Assembly (NCBI GenBank): GCA_049625305.1
Contig: JBMZVD010000001.1
Location: 5,365-69,364 of the forward strand
Source of the DNA: Flavicella sp.
Lineage (GTDB): Bacteria > Bacteroidota > Bacteroidia > Flavobacteriales > Flavobacteriaceae
DNA length: 64,000 bases
Direction: 5' to 3'
The notes beneath the pieces were generated by a model that saw nothing but the letters and a program-made list of their open reading frames with translations, did not search any database and was not told the DNA's origin. Positions 1 through 10,262 of this stretch are shown in pieces. The number at the start of each line of letters is the position of its first letter. Positions within the stretch are counted from its first letter, which is position 1. The position numbers and the translations under genes are program-made.

Positions 1-2
1 CG

Positions 3-1136
3 GTTAAAGACACCAATTTAAAGCAAGTTATTTATTTGAGTGGTATTATTAATGAATCTGATCTATCTGAACATTTAAAATCTAGAAAAAATGTAGAAAT
101 CGAATTGAACAAAGGACATTACAGCCTTACAACACTTCGTGCAGGAATTATCATTGGTTCTGGAAGTGCTTCTTTTGAAATCATTCGAGATTTAGTTGAA
201 AAGCTCCCACTAATGATCGCACCAAAATGGCTAAATACAAAATGCCAACCCATAGGCATCGCTGACGTGTTGCTATTCCTTACAAAATCATTGGGAAATA
301 AAAGCACCTATGACCAAAATTTTGACATTGGAGGTCCAAACATATTATCCTACAAAAACATGTTACTCGGTTTTGCAAAGGAGAGAAACCTTAAACGCTG
401 GATTTACACAATACCAGTAATGACTCCTAAACTATCTTCGTACTGGTTGTATTTTGTGACCTCTACTTCCTACCGTCTTGCCACAGCGCTTGTGCATAGC
501 ATGAAGGTAGAAGTTGTTTGTAGAAATACCGAATTAGAAGATGCTTTAGATATCAAACCCATCACTTACAATATGGCTATATCTCGTGCTTTTCGTAAAA
601 TTCAAGCAAATCAGATTGTATCGAGCTGGAAAGATGCCTATGCAAGCAGTGGCATGAGACGTAACATAACTGATTTTATCAGAGTGCCAGTTTTTGGGTG
701 TTTTAAAGACCAACGAAAATCAAAGATTACTGACAGGGAAGCTTGTCTTCAAAGAATATGGAGTATTGGAGGTGAAACCGGTTGGTATTACGCAAATTGG
801 CTCTGGAAACTTAGAGGTTTTCTAGACAAAACAGTTGGTGGGGTTGGGTTGCGTCGAGGACGCACAAGTATCAGTTCCCTTAATACAGGTGATGCTTTAG
901 ATTTTTGGAGGGTCTTGTATGCCAACAAAGAAGAAGGTAGACTACTCCTTTTTGCCGAAATGAAATTACCAGGAGAAGCCTGGTTGGAATTTAAAATAGA
1001 ATCAGATCAATTGATACAAACCGCAACATTTAGACCTTTAGGTGTACTTGGAAGACTTTATTGGTACAGCGTATACCCTTTTCACGGCCCAATATTTAAT
1101 GGTATGTTAGAAAAACTAGCCTATGGCACTACTTAA
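3..1136 (+). CDS. NAD(P)-binding atypical SDR oxidoreductase with C-terminal DUF2867-like domain (YbjT-like); 5'-truncated by the window edge
   Basis: The frame is open from base 3 (VKDTNLKQVIYLSG...). Motifs LRAGIIIGSGSASFE, CQPIGIADV and IGGETGWYY...DFWRV...LFAEMKLPGEAWLEF are typical of this family. Confidence 0.8.
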   Translation, partial: VKDTNLKQVIYLSGIINESDLSEHLKSRKNVEIELNKGHYSLTTLRAGIIIGSGSASFEIIRDLVEKLPLMIAPKWLNTKCQPIGIADVLLFLTKSLGNKSTYDQNFDIGGPNILSYKNMLLGFAKERNLKRWIYTIPVMTPKLSSYWLYFVTSTSYRLATALVHSMKVEVVCRNTELEDALDIKPITYNMAISRAFRKIQANQIVSSWKDAYASSGMRRNITDFIRVPVFGCFKDQRKSKITDREACLQRIWSIGGETGWYYANWLWKLRGFLDKTVGGVGLRRGRTSISSLNTGDALDFWRVLYANKEEGRLLLFAEMKLPGEAWLEFKIESDQLIQTATFRPLGVLGRLYWYSVYPFHGPIFNGMLEKLAYGTT

Positions 1137-1587
1137 AAAAATAATTGTATTTCTTTTCTTAAACTTCAGCGCGCTTGCAATCGGACTTTTACTCAGTGGT
1201 GAAGGAGCAAGCTCTGACTGGTATCAAAACCTTCAAAAAGCCCCTTGGACACCTCCAGGATGGGTTTTTGGTGCTGCTTGGACAAGTATTATGGTGGGCT
1301 TTTCTGTATTTATGAGCCTCCTACTGCACAGATCAAAAGAATACAAACAGATTTTACAGCTATTTACCATGCAATGGCTATTGAATATAGCATGGAATCC
1401 TATGTTTTTCTATTTCCATCAAGCTTGGGCTGGGTTGCTTGTGCTGGTACCGCTTACTGCCTTAGTAACCTATTTGGCATTTAGATATATAGCCATACTC
1501 AAAATAAATACACTGTGGATAAGTCCCTACCTGATTTGGTTGGGAATCGCTACCTCATTAAATGCTTATGTTGTACTCTACAATTAA
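1123..1587 (+). CDS. tspO: TspO/MBR family tryptophan-rich sensory membrane protein
   Basis: WYQNLQKAPWTPPGWVFGAAW, LNIAWNPMFF and PYLIWLGIATSLN motifs; five hydrophobic segments; overlaps the upstream stop by 14 nt. Confidence 0.92.
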   Translation: MALLKKIIVFLFLNFSALAIGLLLSGEGASSDWYQNLQKAPWTPPGWVFGAAWTSIMVGFSVFMSLLLHRSKEYKQILQLFTMQWLLNIAWNPMFFYFHQAWAGLLVLVPLTALVTYLAFRYIAILKINTLWISPYLIWLGIATSLNAYVVLYN

Positions 1588-1637
1588 AACTTGCCAAACA
1601 TCAAATCTACAGCACACAAGTACATGGATAGATTATG

Positions 1638-1645
1638 TATCTTTG
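1638..1645 (+). promoter_or_regulatory. Bacteroidota primary-sigma -7 promoter element for the radical SAM gene
   Basis: TATCTTTG matches TAnnTTTG. It lies inside the ORF-track N-terminal extension, which implies the real start is the TTG at 1662. Confidence 0.6.
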
Positions 1646-1661
1646 CAAAAAACAATCTAGT

Positions 1662-3851
1662 TTGAAAGATATATTTCTCGTAACTCCACCTTTTACACAG
1701 CTGAATACGCCCTATCCTGCAACGGCTTACTTAAAAGGTTTTTTAAACACAAAGGAAATCTCTTCTTTTCAAATGGATCTGGGGATAGAGACGCTCTTGG
1801 AATTATTTTCAAAAAAAGGATTGGAGGAAATCTTTAAAACAGCATCCGAAAATAGAAGCATTGTTACAGAAAACTCGAAACGGATTTTTGCTCTGCGTAG
1901 TTCCTACCTAAAAAATATCGATACCGTAATTCGATTTTTACAAGGTAAAAACCCTACACTTGCTAGGTTGATTTGTACAGATAACTACTTACCTGAGGCG
2001 AGTCGTTTTCAACAAGCAGATGATATGGAATGGGCTTTTGGCGCCATGGGCATGCAAGACAAAGCCAAACATCTAGCCACCTTATTCTTGGAAGATCTCT
2101 CAGATTTCATCGTCGAATGTATCGATGCCAATTTTGGTTTTAGTCGCTATGCAGAAAGCATCGGGCAAAGTGCAAATAGTTTTGACAACTTATACAATAC
2201 CTTACTGGGACCTCAAAGTCATATTGATACTATTTACTTACGAATTTTCCGAGATAGCATTCGAAAAAAGCAACCAAAACTTGTATGCATATCTGTTCCT
2301 TTTCCAGGGAATTTATACAGTGCTTTTCGTTGTGCGCAGTTGCTTAAAAGTGAATTTAAACATATTAAAGTTGCAATGGGAGGTGGATTTGCAAACACCG
2401 AATTGAGAGATCTTACAGACACAAGAGTTTTTCAATTTTTCGATTTTATCACACTAGATGATGGAGAAAAGCCTATAGAATTGCTTCTAAAAAACTTAGA
2501 TACCCCATTTGAAAATCGCCATTACAAACGTACCCTACTTCTCCGAGATGAAAAAGTAGTATATGACAATAGTACCTTAGAACCCGATTACCAACAAAAG
2601 CATGTCGGAACTCCCGATTACAGTGATTTACTTTTAGACAATTATGTCTCCGTCATAGAGATAGCCAATCCCATGCACAGTCTTTGGAGTGATGGGCGTT
2701 GGAATAAATTGACCATGGCGCATGGATGTTATTGGGGAAAATGTTCCTTTTGTGATGTGTCTTTGGATTATATCAAAATCTACGAACCGGTTGCAGCAAA
2801 ATTACTTGTTGACCGTATGGAACAGATGATCGCACAAACCGGAGAAACTGGCTTTCATTTTGTAGATGAAGCAGCACCTCCGGCACTGATGAAAGCTTTA
2901 GCCATAGAAATCATACAACGCGACATCAATGTTACATGGTGGACAAACATTCGTTTTGAAAAAAGTTTCACTAACGACCTATGCCTCTTGTTAAAAGAAT
3001 CCGGTTGTATTGCTGTATCGGGTGGACTTGAAGTAGCTTCAGATAGACTTTTACAATTGATTGAAAAAGGAGTATCCGTTGCACAAGTAGCACGAGTAAC
3101 AAACTTCTTCACCAATGCAGGTATTTTGGTTCATGCCTACTTAATGTATGGATACCCAACACAAACAATTCAAGAAACAATTGATAGCTTAGAAATGGTA
3201 CGTCAATTATTTGAACAAGGCACTTTACAGTCTGGGTTTTGGCATCAATTCTCACTGACTACTCACAGTCCGATTGGAAAAGCTCCACAAGATTACGGAA
3301 TTACCCCATTGTACAATAAAATTTCTTTTGCCAACAACGATGTATTATTCAAAGATAAAACAGGAATCAATCACGATAAATTTAGTAGTGGACTAAAAAA
3401 ATCAATTTTTAATTTTATGCATGGAATTGGTTTTGATATTCCTTTAAAGGAATGGTTTGAATTCAAAATACCTCACACAACAGTATCTCCTAATTTCATT
3501 CAAAGTTGCATAAACACACCTCCTGATTTCAAAACAAAACCAAGAGCTAAAGTACTGTGGTTGGGAAGTAAACCCGTCGGAACAGAATTTATAAAAAAGA
3601 AACGCAATCAAAGTTGGGAACAACTCAAAGTAGTAGTACATAGCAGCAATGACTATGCAGAAAGTGTATTTGAAATCAACCAAGGAAAATGGCTTTTAGC
3701 TACACTTCAAAAAATAAGTATCCAAGAAAAAAAACAATACAGCTTTCAGGAATTACAGGAAGACTTTGAAACACAATTTCAGGATTTTGAACTGTTTTGG
3801 TATTCTAAACCTATGCGTAAGATAAAAGAACAAGGCCTGCTGCTTTTGTAA
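1662..3851 (+). CDS. B12-binding-domain radical SAM protein (function unknown)
   Basis: CYWGKCSFC (CxxxCxxC), N-terminal LVTPPFTQLNTPYPATAYL and VAMGGG cobalamin-binding-type region, FVDE and GLE motifs. Start moved from ATG 1635 to TTG 1662 because of the promoter position. Confidence 0.85.
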   Translation: MKDIFLVTPPFTQLNTPYPATAYLKGFLNTKEISSFQMDLGIETLLELFSKKGLEEIFKTASENRSIVTENSKRIFALRSSYLKNIDTVIRFLQGKNPTLARLICTDNYLPEASRFQQADDMEWAFGAMGMQDKAKHLATLFLEDLSDFIVECIDANFGFSRYAESIGQSANSFDNLYNTLLGPQSHIDTIYLRIFRDSIRKKQPKLVCISVPFPGNLYSAFRCAQLLKSEFKHIKVAMGGGFANTELRDLTDTRVFQFFDFITLDDGEKPIELLLKNLDTPFENRHYKRTLLLRDEKVVYDNSTLEPDYQQKHVGTPDYSDLLLDNYVSVIEIANPMHSLWSDGRWNKLTMAHGCYWGKCSFCDVSLDYIKIYEPVAAKLLVDRMEQMIAQTGETGFHFVDEAAPPALMKALAIEIIQRDINVTWWTNIRFEKSFTNDLCLLLKESGCIAVSGGLEVASDRLLQLIEKGVSVAQVARVTNFFTNAGILVHAYLMYGYPTQTIQETIDSLEMVRQLFEQGTLQSGFWHQFSLTTHSPIGKAPQDYGITPLYNKISFANNDVLFKDKTGINHDKFSSGLKKSIFNFMHGIGFDIPLKEWFEFKIPHTTVSPNFIQSCINTPPDFKTKPRAKVLWLGSKPVGTEFIKKKRNQSWEQLKVVVHSSNDYAESVFEINQGKWLLATLQKISIQEKKQYSFQELQEDFETQFQDFELFWYSKPMRKIKEQGLLLL

Positions 3852-3896
3852 TCCTTTAAAACAATCAGCGCTCTAAACGACAAACTAAAACAACAG

Positions 3897-3926
3897 AAAA
3901 AATCCTATCAAATAAATGATAGGATT
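3897..3926 (-). terminator. Intrinsic terminator between the converging radical SAM gene and rpmE2
   Basis: Stem aatcctatca/tgataggatt (3901-3926) with an A-run on the left, which reads as a U-tract on the minus strand. Confidence 0.75.
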
Positions 3927-3952
3927 CATTGTAATATTGAAAGAATAGAAGC

Positions 3953-4204
3953 TTACTTCTTAAACTTTGCGTATTTTGTCTTAAACTTATCGATACGTCC
4001 AGCAGTATCAACCAATTTAGATTTCCCTGTATAGAAAGGGTGTGATGTTCTTGAAATCTCCAATTTAATCAATGGGTACTCAACACCATCAACATCAATA
4101 GTTTCTTTAGTATTCGCAGTAGAACGAGTTAAAAACACATCGTTGTTTGACATATCTTTAAAAGCTACCATTCTGTAGTTTTCTGGGTGTATACCTTTTT
4201 TCAT
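3953..4204 (-). CDS. rpmE2: 50S ribosomal protein L31, type B (no Zn-binding cysteines)
   Basis: [11 protein letters not shown]...[13 protein letters not shown]...DTAGRIDKF; 83 aa; no CxxC. Confidence 0.97.
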   Translation of the reverse strand: MKKGIHPENYRMVAFKDMSNNDVFLTRSTANTKETIDVDGVEYPLIKLEISRTSHPFYTGKSKLVDTAGRIDKFKTKYAKFKK

Positions 4205-4246
4205 CTTATTATAATTTAATAACTTTAATTCTTATTTTTGAGAATG

Positions 4247-4276
4247 CAAATTTAACGATATTTTTTAGATTTCAAA
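4247..4276 (-). promoter_or_regulatory. rpmE2 promoter (-33 TTTG / -7 TAAATTTG)
   Basis: Plus-strand caaattta at 4247-4254 and caaa at 4273-4276; 18-nt spacer. Confidence 0.7.
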
Positions 4277-4329
4277 CAAATAAATTGTTTTATTTGTCTC
4301 TTTGACTCTATAACTGCAAATTTTAACAA

Positions 4330-5358
4330 ATGTCATTTAAAATCACAGCCCTTTTTTCTGCAATAAGCCTACTTTTAGTTAGTTGCAACAAAGATATTGA
4401 ATTCAAACTCAACAGTCCTAAAAAAATCAACATCGACCAACCTTTGACTTTTTCTGTAAGCGAAAAGAACGATTTTCCGATAGATTCTGTGTACTTTTTT
4501 TTAGATGGTAAAAAAATAAGCACTCAAAATAAAAACACAATTGATATCAAGAACATGGTTTTAGGGAAACACACTCTAAGTTCTTTGATTTTTTCTCAAG
4601 GAAATTCAAAAAAAATAAATAATAGCATCTATTTTTTAGCCGATAGAAAACCTCAAATTTACACCTATGAGATTGTAAACACATTTCCTCACGATTCAAA
4701 TGCTTTCACTCAAGGATTGGAGTACAAAGATGGTTTTCTATATGAAAGCACAGGACAAAATGGTACTTCTTCCATCAGAAAAACAGAACTTGCTACAGGA
4801 AAAGTTTTACAAATTAACAATCTTGATAAAAAGTACTTTGGAGAAGGTATGACCATCTTCAATGACAAAGTCTACCAATTAACTTGGCAGGCAGGTATTG
4901 GCTTTGTATACGATTTGAAAAGCTTCCAACAAGAAAAATCATTTAAATACGGTCAAAGTAAAGAAGGTTGGGGACTCTCTCACAACAACATAGAATTAAT
5001 AAAATCTGACGGTACTGAACGTCTGTGGTTCTTAGACCCTGAGACACTTCAGGAAAAACGTTTTATCGAAGCTTATACCAACAAAAGAAAAGCAGAACGT
5101 CTGAATGAAATTGAATACATCAATGGAAAAATATACGCTAATATCTGGCAAAAAAACACATTAGTAATTATCGACGCTACAAATGGAACTATTGATGGAG
5201 TTGTCAACCTAAACAGCCTCAAGAGCAAAATAGATCTCAGCAACACAAACGAGGACCATGTGTTGAACGGTATTGCCTATGATGCAGTTAATGACAGACT
5301 CTTCGTCACAGGAAAAAACTGGAACAAAACATTTGAAATAAAATTGCTAAAAAAGTAA
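4330..5358 (+). CDS. Glutaminyl-peptide cyclotransferase (type I, beta-propeller), lipoprotein with an N-terminal Ig-like domain
   Basis: Lipobox LLVSC; motifs FTQGLE, ESTG, FGEG, LTW, EGWG, SDG, LNEIE, ANIW, VLNGIAYD, TGKNW. Confidence 0.93.
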   Translation: MSFKITALFSAISLLLVSCNKDIEFKLNSPKKINIDQPLTFSVSEKNDFPIDSVYFFLDGKKISTQNKNTIDIKNMVLGKHTLSSLIFSQGNSKKINNSIYFLADRKPQIYTYEIVNTFPHDSNAFTQGLEYKDGFLYESTGQNGTSSIRKTELATGKVLQINNLDKKYFGEGMTIFNDKVYQLTWQAGIGFVYDLKSFQQEKSFKYGQSKEGWGLSHNNIELIKSDGTERLWFLDPETLQEKRFIEAYTNKRKAERLNEIEYINGKIYANIWQKNTLVIIDATNGTIDGVVNLNSLKSKIDLSNTNEDHVLNGIAYDAVNDRLFVTGKNWNKTFEIKLLKK

Positions 5359-5433
5359 ACTTCCACATTATTGGCAGGCAATAAATTAGAATTTCACCGT
5401 TAGGAATACGTATCTTTACAAAAACACTCACTC

Positions 5434-6948
5434 ATGAAACGCTTCAGTACTTTTGGTACCATTTTTTTTATCCTATTATTGAGTTTTTCGTGTCGAAAAG
5501 ATTTTTCTACAATCCCTAGTAATGGGAACTTACTCTTCTCGAGAGATACTGTTTTTTTAGATACCGTTTTCACTAACACAAGCAGTAGTACTTATGCACT
5601 AAAAGTTTACAACGAGGGATCTAAAGATGTTCATATTCCAAGTATTCAGCTAGGAAGAAGCAACTCATTTTATAGACTAAACGTGGATGGTGTACCTGGT
5701 AAAAAGTTTGAAAACGTACTTTTACGTTCAGACGATAGCTTGTACATTTTTATAGAAACTACAATAGATTATTCTAAAATAAGCAGTCCTTTGTACACCG
5801 ATTCAATCGTTTTTGATGCAGGTACAAAACTACAAGATGTCAAACTAGTCACCTTGGTACAAGATGCTCATTTTATATACAAGTCAAGTAGTTCTTTGGA
5901 TACAATGACGATTACTCCAAAATATTTTAACGACAAAACACCGAAATCTATCAGATACCTCAGTGACAGTGAATTGAATTTTACAGAGGAAAAACCATAT
6001 GTTATTTACGGATATTGTGCTGTCCCTGAAGGAAAAACATTGCATATAGAAGCTGGATCAAAGCTTTATTTCCATAAGAATTCAGCGTTGGTAGTTGGTA
6101 AAGATGCGAGTCTTCAAGTTTCAGGTACTCTCGACAAAAATGTATGTTTTGAAGGAGATCGTTTGGAATTTAGCTTTGAAGATGTATCGGGACAATGGGA
6201 CGGAATATGGCTTCAATCCAACAGCGCGAACCACTCCATCAATCATGCTTACATTAAAAACGCCTCTATTGGAATCGTGTGTGACTCCATGCAAAGCACA
6301 TCAACAACTCCCTCACTTATACTAAAAAACACGAAAATACTCAACAATTCTCAATACGGTATTCTTGCAAAATCAACTCATATCAAAGGAGAAAATCTAA
6401 TTTTAGGAAATAGTAGAATTTCTGCATTGGCCATTGAAAAGGGTGGAAAATACGATTTTAACCATACGAATATTGTAAATTATTGGACGCAAAGCATTCG
6501 AAGAAGTACAGCACTCCAAATTAAAAATACTGTAATAGCAGAGGATGAAGCTTCAACAGACATAGATCTTCGGTTTTCTAATAGTATCATTTCTGGTTCA
6601 CGTTTACAAGAAATTTATTTTGATAAAGATGAAAACTCAACATTCGAATGCTATTTCACTCATTGTTATATAACTGCCAATACAGCAGACGAAACACCTT
6701 TGTACGACACGTCAGACACAAGTACTTACAATAATTGTTTGTTCAATGGAATACTTGATTTTAAAGATACTTATGTAAATGATTTTCGCATAGGTGAAGA
6801 AAGTGTACTCATTGAAAAAGCATCAACTGACGAGGCTTCTAGAACACCATTAGACCTCATTGAAACAGAAAGATTACCGCTACCTGATATCGGAGCTTAC
6901 CAGCACATTGTCTTTGAGGAACCTGAAGAAGAGGTGGAATCAGAATAG
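5434..6948 (+). CDS. Conserved hypothetical lipoprotein with an Ig-like N-terminus and probable right-handed beta-helix
   Basis: Lipobox LSFSC; FSRDTVFLDTVFT, GQWDGIW, repeated N/I-rich strands, PDIGAYQ near the C-terminus. Confidence 0.65.
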   Translation: MKRFSTFGTIFFILLLSFSCRKDFSTIPSNGNLLFSRDTVFLDTVFTNTSSSTYALKVYNEGSKDVHIPSIQLGRSNSFYRLNVDGVPGKKFENVLLRSDDSLYIFIETTIDYSKISSPLYTDSIVFDAGTKLQDVKLVTLVQDAHFIYKSSSSLDTMTITPKYFNDKTPKSIRYLSDSELNFTEEKPYVIYGYCAVPEGKTLHIEAGSKLYFHKNSALVVGKDASLQVSGTLDKNVCFEGDRLEFSFEDVSGQWDGIWLQSNSANHSINHAYIKNASIGIVCDSMQSTSTTPSLILKNTKILNNSQYGILAKSTHIKGENLILGNSRISALAIEKGGKYDFNHTNIVNYWTQSIRRSTALQIKNTVIAEDEASTDIDLRFSNSIISGSRLQEIYFDKDENSTFECYFTHCYITANTADETPLYDTSDTSTYNNCLFNGILDFKDTYVNDFRIGEESVLIEKASTDEASRTPLDLIETERLPLPDIGAYQHIVFEEPEEEVESE

Positions 6949-6965
6949 TTAAAACTTTTTACAGT

Positions 6966-7646
6966 ATGAAAAACATCATCATTACAGGAACTAGCAAAGG
7001 TATAGGTTTTGAGTTGGCGCAACATTTTGCAAAAAAGAATTGCAATGTACTCGCCCTATCAAGAAATTCAAAACCATTAGAGAGTATTGCTCATAAAAAT
7101 ATTACTTCATTAGCAGTGGATATAACTTCAGAGGAGGGACTTAATTCAGTGAATGACTTTATTGAAACCAATTGGAAGTGTGTAGATATACTTATCAACA
7201 ATGCAGGTGCTTTGGTAAATAAACCCTTTGCAGATATCAGTACTAAAGAGTTTCTTGACGTCTACAACATAAATGTATTTGCGGTAGCAGCATTGACACG
7301 CATTACACTTCCATACATGAAAGTTAATAGTCATGTTGTCAATATAAGCAGCATTGGTGGTGTTCAAGGAAGTGTGAAATTTCCAGGTTTGGCTGCATAC
7401 AGCTCTTCAAAAGGAGCATTGATTACTTTGACAGAATTATTGGCTGAGGAATACCGTGAACAAAAGATCTCTTTCAACGTTCTGGCATTGGGGGCTGTAC
7501 AAACTGAAATGCTTGAGGCTGCTTTTCCTGGCTATAAAGCCCCAATAAAGCCCAAAGAAATGGCTGAATACATCTATGATTTTGCCTGTACGGGTCACAA
7601 ATTTTACAATGGAAAAATACTGCAAGTTTCAAGTACAACTCCCTAA
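6966..7646 (+). CDS. Short-chain dehydrogenase/reductase
   Basis: TGTSKGIG, LINNAG, NISS and YSSSK (YxxxK). Confidence 0.93.
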   Translation: MKNIIITGTSKGIGFELAQHFAKKNCNVLALSRNSKPLESIAHKNITSLAVDITSEEGLNSVNDFIETNWKCVDILINNAGALVNKPFADISTKEFLDVYNINVFAVAALTRITLPYMKVNSHVVNISSIGGVQGSVKFPGLAAYSSSKGALITLTELLAEEYREQKISFNVLALGAVQTEMLEAAFPGYKAPIKPKEMAEYIYDFACTGHKFYNGKILQVSSTTP

Positions 7647-7675
7647 TTGCAAAATAATTTCAAAACACCAAAAAA

Positions 7676-8269
7676 GTGTCAGAAGTTTTCAAATACATAC
7701 CATCGGCTGCAATTCCAAAAATTAAAGAATACGTAGAGCAAGGGGAATTCTCAATTAAAATAAGCAAGAAGCGCCTCACAAAACACGGCGATTTTCGGAG
7801 ATATCCTGATGGCAGTAGTCGCATCTCCATCAATGAAAACCTAAACCCACAGCAGTTTTTATTGACATTGGTACATGAGATTGCTCACTATGTGGCCTAC
7901 AAAAAACATGGAAACCGCATAAAACCCCATGGTCAAGAATGGAAATCAATATTTAGAAATCTCATGCTGCCATTTGTACATCCTACAATTTATAAAGATA
8001 CACAACTCCCACATCTCGCTCACTATTTACGAAACCCTAAAGCAAGTTCCGATAGTGATAGTAGACTCTCATTAGCACTTCAACAAAAACAGGTCGGTTC
8101 CGATAAAAATCATATATTTGAAATAGGCATTGGTAATTTCTTCATTTTAAAAGGGAAAGAATTCAAATTACTCGAAAGAAAGCGCACGCGTTATGTATGC
8201 GAGGAAAAACTTACAAAAAAGAAGTACCTCATCCATCAAAACGCTGTTGTAACAGCGATAGATGAGTGA
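7676..8269 (+). CDS. SprT-like zinc metalloprotease domain protein
   Basis: HEIAH (HExxH) followed by PHGQEWK; GTG start. Confidence 0.88.
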   Translation: MSEVFKYIPSAAIPKIKEYVEQGEFSIKISKKRLTKHGDFRRYPDGSSRISINENLNPQQFLLTLVHEIAHYVAYKKHGNRIKPHGQEWKSIFRNLMLPFVHPTIYKDTQLPHLAHYLRNPKASSDSDSRLSLALQQKQVGSDKNHIFEIGIGNFFILKGKEFKLLERKRTRYVCEEKLTKKKYLIHQNAVVTAIDE

Positions 8270-8288
8270 TAAAATGCAATAGTATTCA

Positions 8289-9740
8289 ATGGACATGGAA
8301 AAAAAACCGGTAGAAACAGAAAACCTCAAAGGTCAAAAAGAAGCTGTTAAAAAAAGCTACACCGTCTTTTTAGTTAGTTTAAAAAACTTTTTAACAGACC
8401 TTTTAGATATACGAGAGGGAACCAATCAAGAAGAAACCATAAATACCATCAAGGATGGTATCCAGGTGAAAAGCCACACTGCCTGGATTTTAATATTCTC
8501 AATATTGGTTGCTTCTATCGGCTTGAATACAAGTTCTACTGCTGTTGTGATAGGTGCCATGTTAATATCTCCTCTAATGGGACCTATTTTAGGAATCGGT
8601 CTCTCTATCGGAATCAACGATATAGACACCTTAAAACGTTCATTAGTAAACCTCGGAGTAATGGTAGGCTTGAGTTTACTGTCCTCCTTCTTATTTTTTA
8701 GTATCCCACTCTTTAAAGAAGCTACCCCTGAACTAATAGCTAGAACTCAACCTGACGTTCGAGATGTTCTGATTGCAATTACAGGTGGATTGGCTTTAAT
8801 TATCGCATTGAGTCGACGCAAGGAAATGACCAACACCATAGCCGGAGTTGCCATCGCAACTGCATTGATGCCTCCTCTGTGTACAGCAGGATATGGGTTG
8901 GCAACCTTTAATTTAAAGTTTTTTGGAGGTGCCATGTTTTTGTTTACCATCAATACTATTTTTATCGCCTTAACAACTTTTGTAATCGTCAAATTTTTAA
9001 AATTCCCAATGGTGCGTTATATCAATTCTATCAAGAGAAGAAGAATTGCACAAATCGCCTCCGTTTTAGCTTTACTTATATTTAGTAATAGTATCTATTT
9101 GTTTGTAGGTTTGATTCAAAAAAAGCAATATCACAAAAACGCCCATGAATTCATAGCTTTACTAACTGAAAAAACAGGGGCTGGTATTGTAAAAACAGAA
9201 ATTAATTACGACACAAAAATTGTAAAACTAAGCATCATAGGACAAAATATTAAAAGGAATGAATTGGCTGTTTGGCAAGAAAAATTACAACAATTCAAAT
9301 TGACAAATACCACACTTCAAATCCAACAAGATGAGGAAACTTCAAAACTTTTGGAAGAAATAAACACGATTAAAAGTTCTTATGTAAAAAATCAAGAGTT
9401 GATTGCCTCCAAAGAAGAATCTATTCAAGCCAAAGAAACACGCATACAAGCATTGACCAAGGAGCTTGAAAGTCTAAAAAGTAAACAAATTCCTTTTATC
9501 AATGTAAGTCAAGAAGCAAAAGTAAATCACAAAGGCATCAAAGAAATTAGTTTTTCAAACCTCATAACTACTAACTTTGAAAAGATCGATACGATTCCAG
9601 TTTTTTATATACGATGGGAAGACAGCATACTGAATGCTACTCAACAAGAAGCTCAATTAAAAAAATGGTTACAAATAAGACTTCAAAAGGACAATATTGA
9701 AATACATCAAGAAATAACGCAATCAACTTCCATCAACTAG
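8289..9740 (+). CDS. DUF389 family membrane protein with C-terminal coiled coil
   Basis: IASIGLN-type, VVIGAMLISPLMGPI and GVAIATALMPPLCTAG motifs; many TM helices. Confidence 0.88.
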   Translation: MDMEKKPVETENLKGQKEAVKKSYTVFLVSLKNFLTDLLDIREGTNQEETINTIKDGIQVKSHTAWILIFSILVASIGLNTSSTAVVIGAMLISPLMGPILGIGLSIGINDIDTLKRSLVNLGVMVGLSLLSSFLFFSIPLFKEATPELIARTQPDVRDVLIAITGGLALIIALSRRKEMTNTIAGVAIATALMPPLCTAGYGLATFNLKFFGGAMFLFTINTIFIALTTFVIVKFLKFPMVRYINSIKRRRIAQIASVLALLIFSNSIYLFVGLIQKKQYHKNAHEFIALLTEKTGAGIVKTEINYDTKIVKLSIIGQNIKRNELAVWQEKLQQFKLTNTTLQIQQDEETSKLLEEINTIKSSYVKNQELIASKEESIQAKETRIQALTKELESLKSKQIPFINVSQEAKVNHKGIKEISFSNLITTNFEKIDTIPVFYIRWEDSILNATQQEAQLKKWLQIRLQKDNIEIHQEITQSTSIN

Positions 9741-9758
9741 ATTCAGTGGTTAGCCCTA

Positions 9759-10256
9759 ATGAAAAAAATACTTTTACTTTCTGACACTCACAGTCACATA
9801 GACGACAAAATTTTAAAATATGTTAAGCTTGCAGATGAGGTATGGCATGCAGGAGACATTGGAGCCATTAAAGTGGCAGACACTCTAAAATCAACAAAAC
9901 CATTGAGAGCAGTCTATGGCAATATTGACGACAAAGAAGTGCGTGCAGAATATCCATTGGACCAAAAATTCACCTTAGAAGGAGTATCGGTTTGGATGAC
10001 ACATATTGGTGGATATCCAAATAAATACAACCAACGCATCCGAGAAGACATTCAAGATAACCCTCCCAAACTATTTATAAGTGGGCACTCACACATTCTT
10101 AAGGTACAATATGATCAAAAACTAAATTTACTACATATGAATCCGGGAGCCATTGGCAAACATGGTTTTCATAAAGTGAGAACAATGTTACGGTTTGAAT
10201 TGGAGCAAGGAGAAATTAAAAATTTAGAAGTCGTAGAATTGGAAACTAGACATTGA
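9759..10256 (+). CDS. YfcE/MJ0936-type metallophosphoesterase
   Basis: SDTH, HAGD, GNID, GHSH and NPG motifs. Confidence 0.9.
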   Translation: MKKILLLSDTHSHIDDKILKYVKLADEVWHAGDIGAIKVADTLKSTKPLRAVYGNIDDKEVRAEYPLDQKFTLEGVSVWMTHIGGYPNKYNQRIREDIQDNPPKLFISGHSHILKVQYDQKLNLLHMNPGAIGKHGFHKVRTMLRFELEQGEIKNLEVVELETRH

Positions 10257-10262
10257 GTAACT

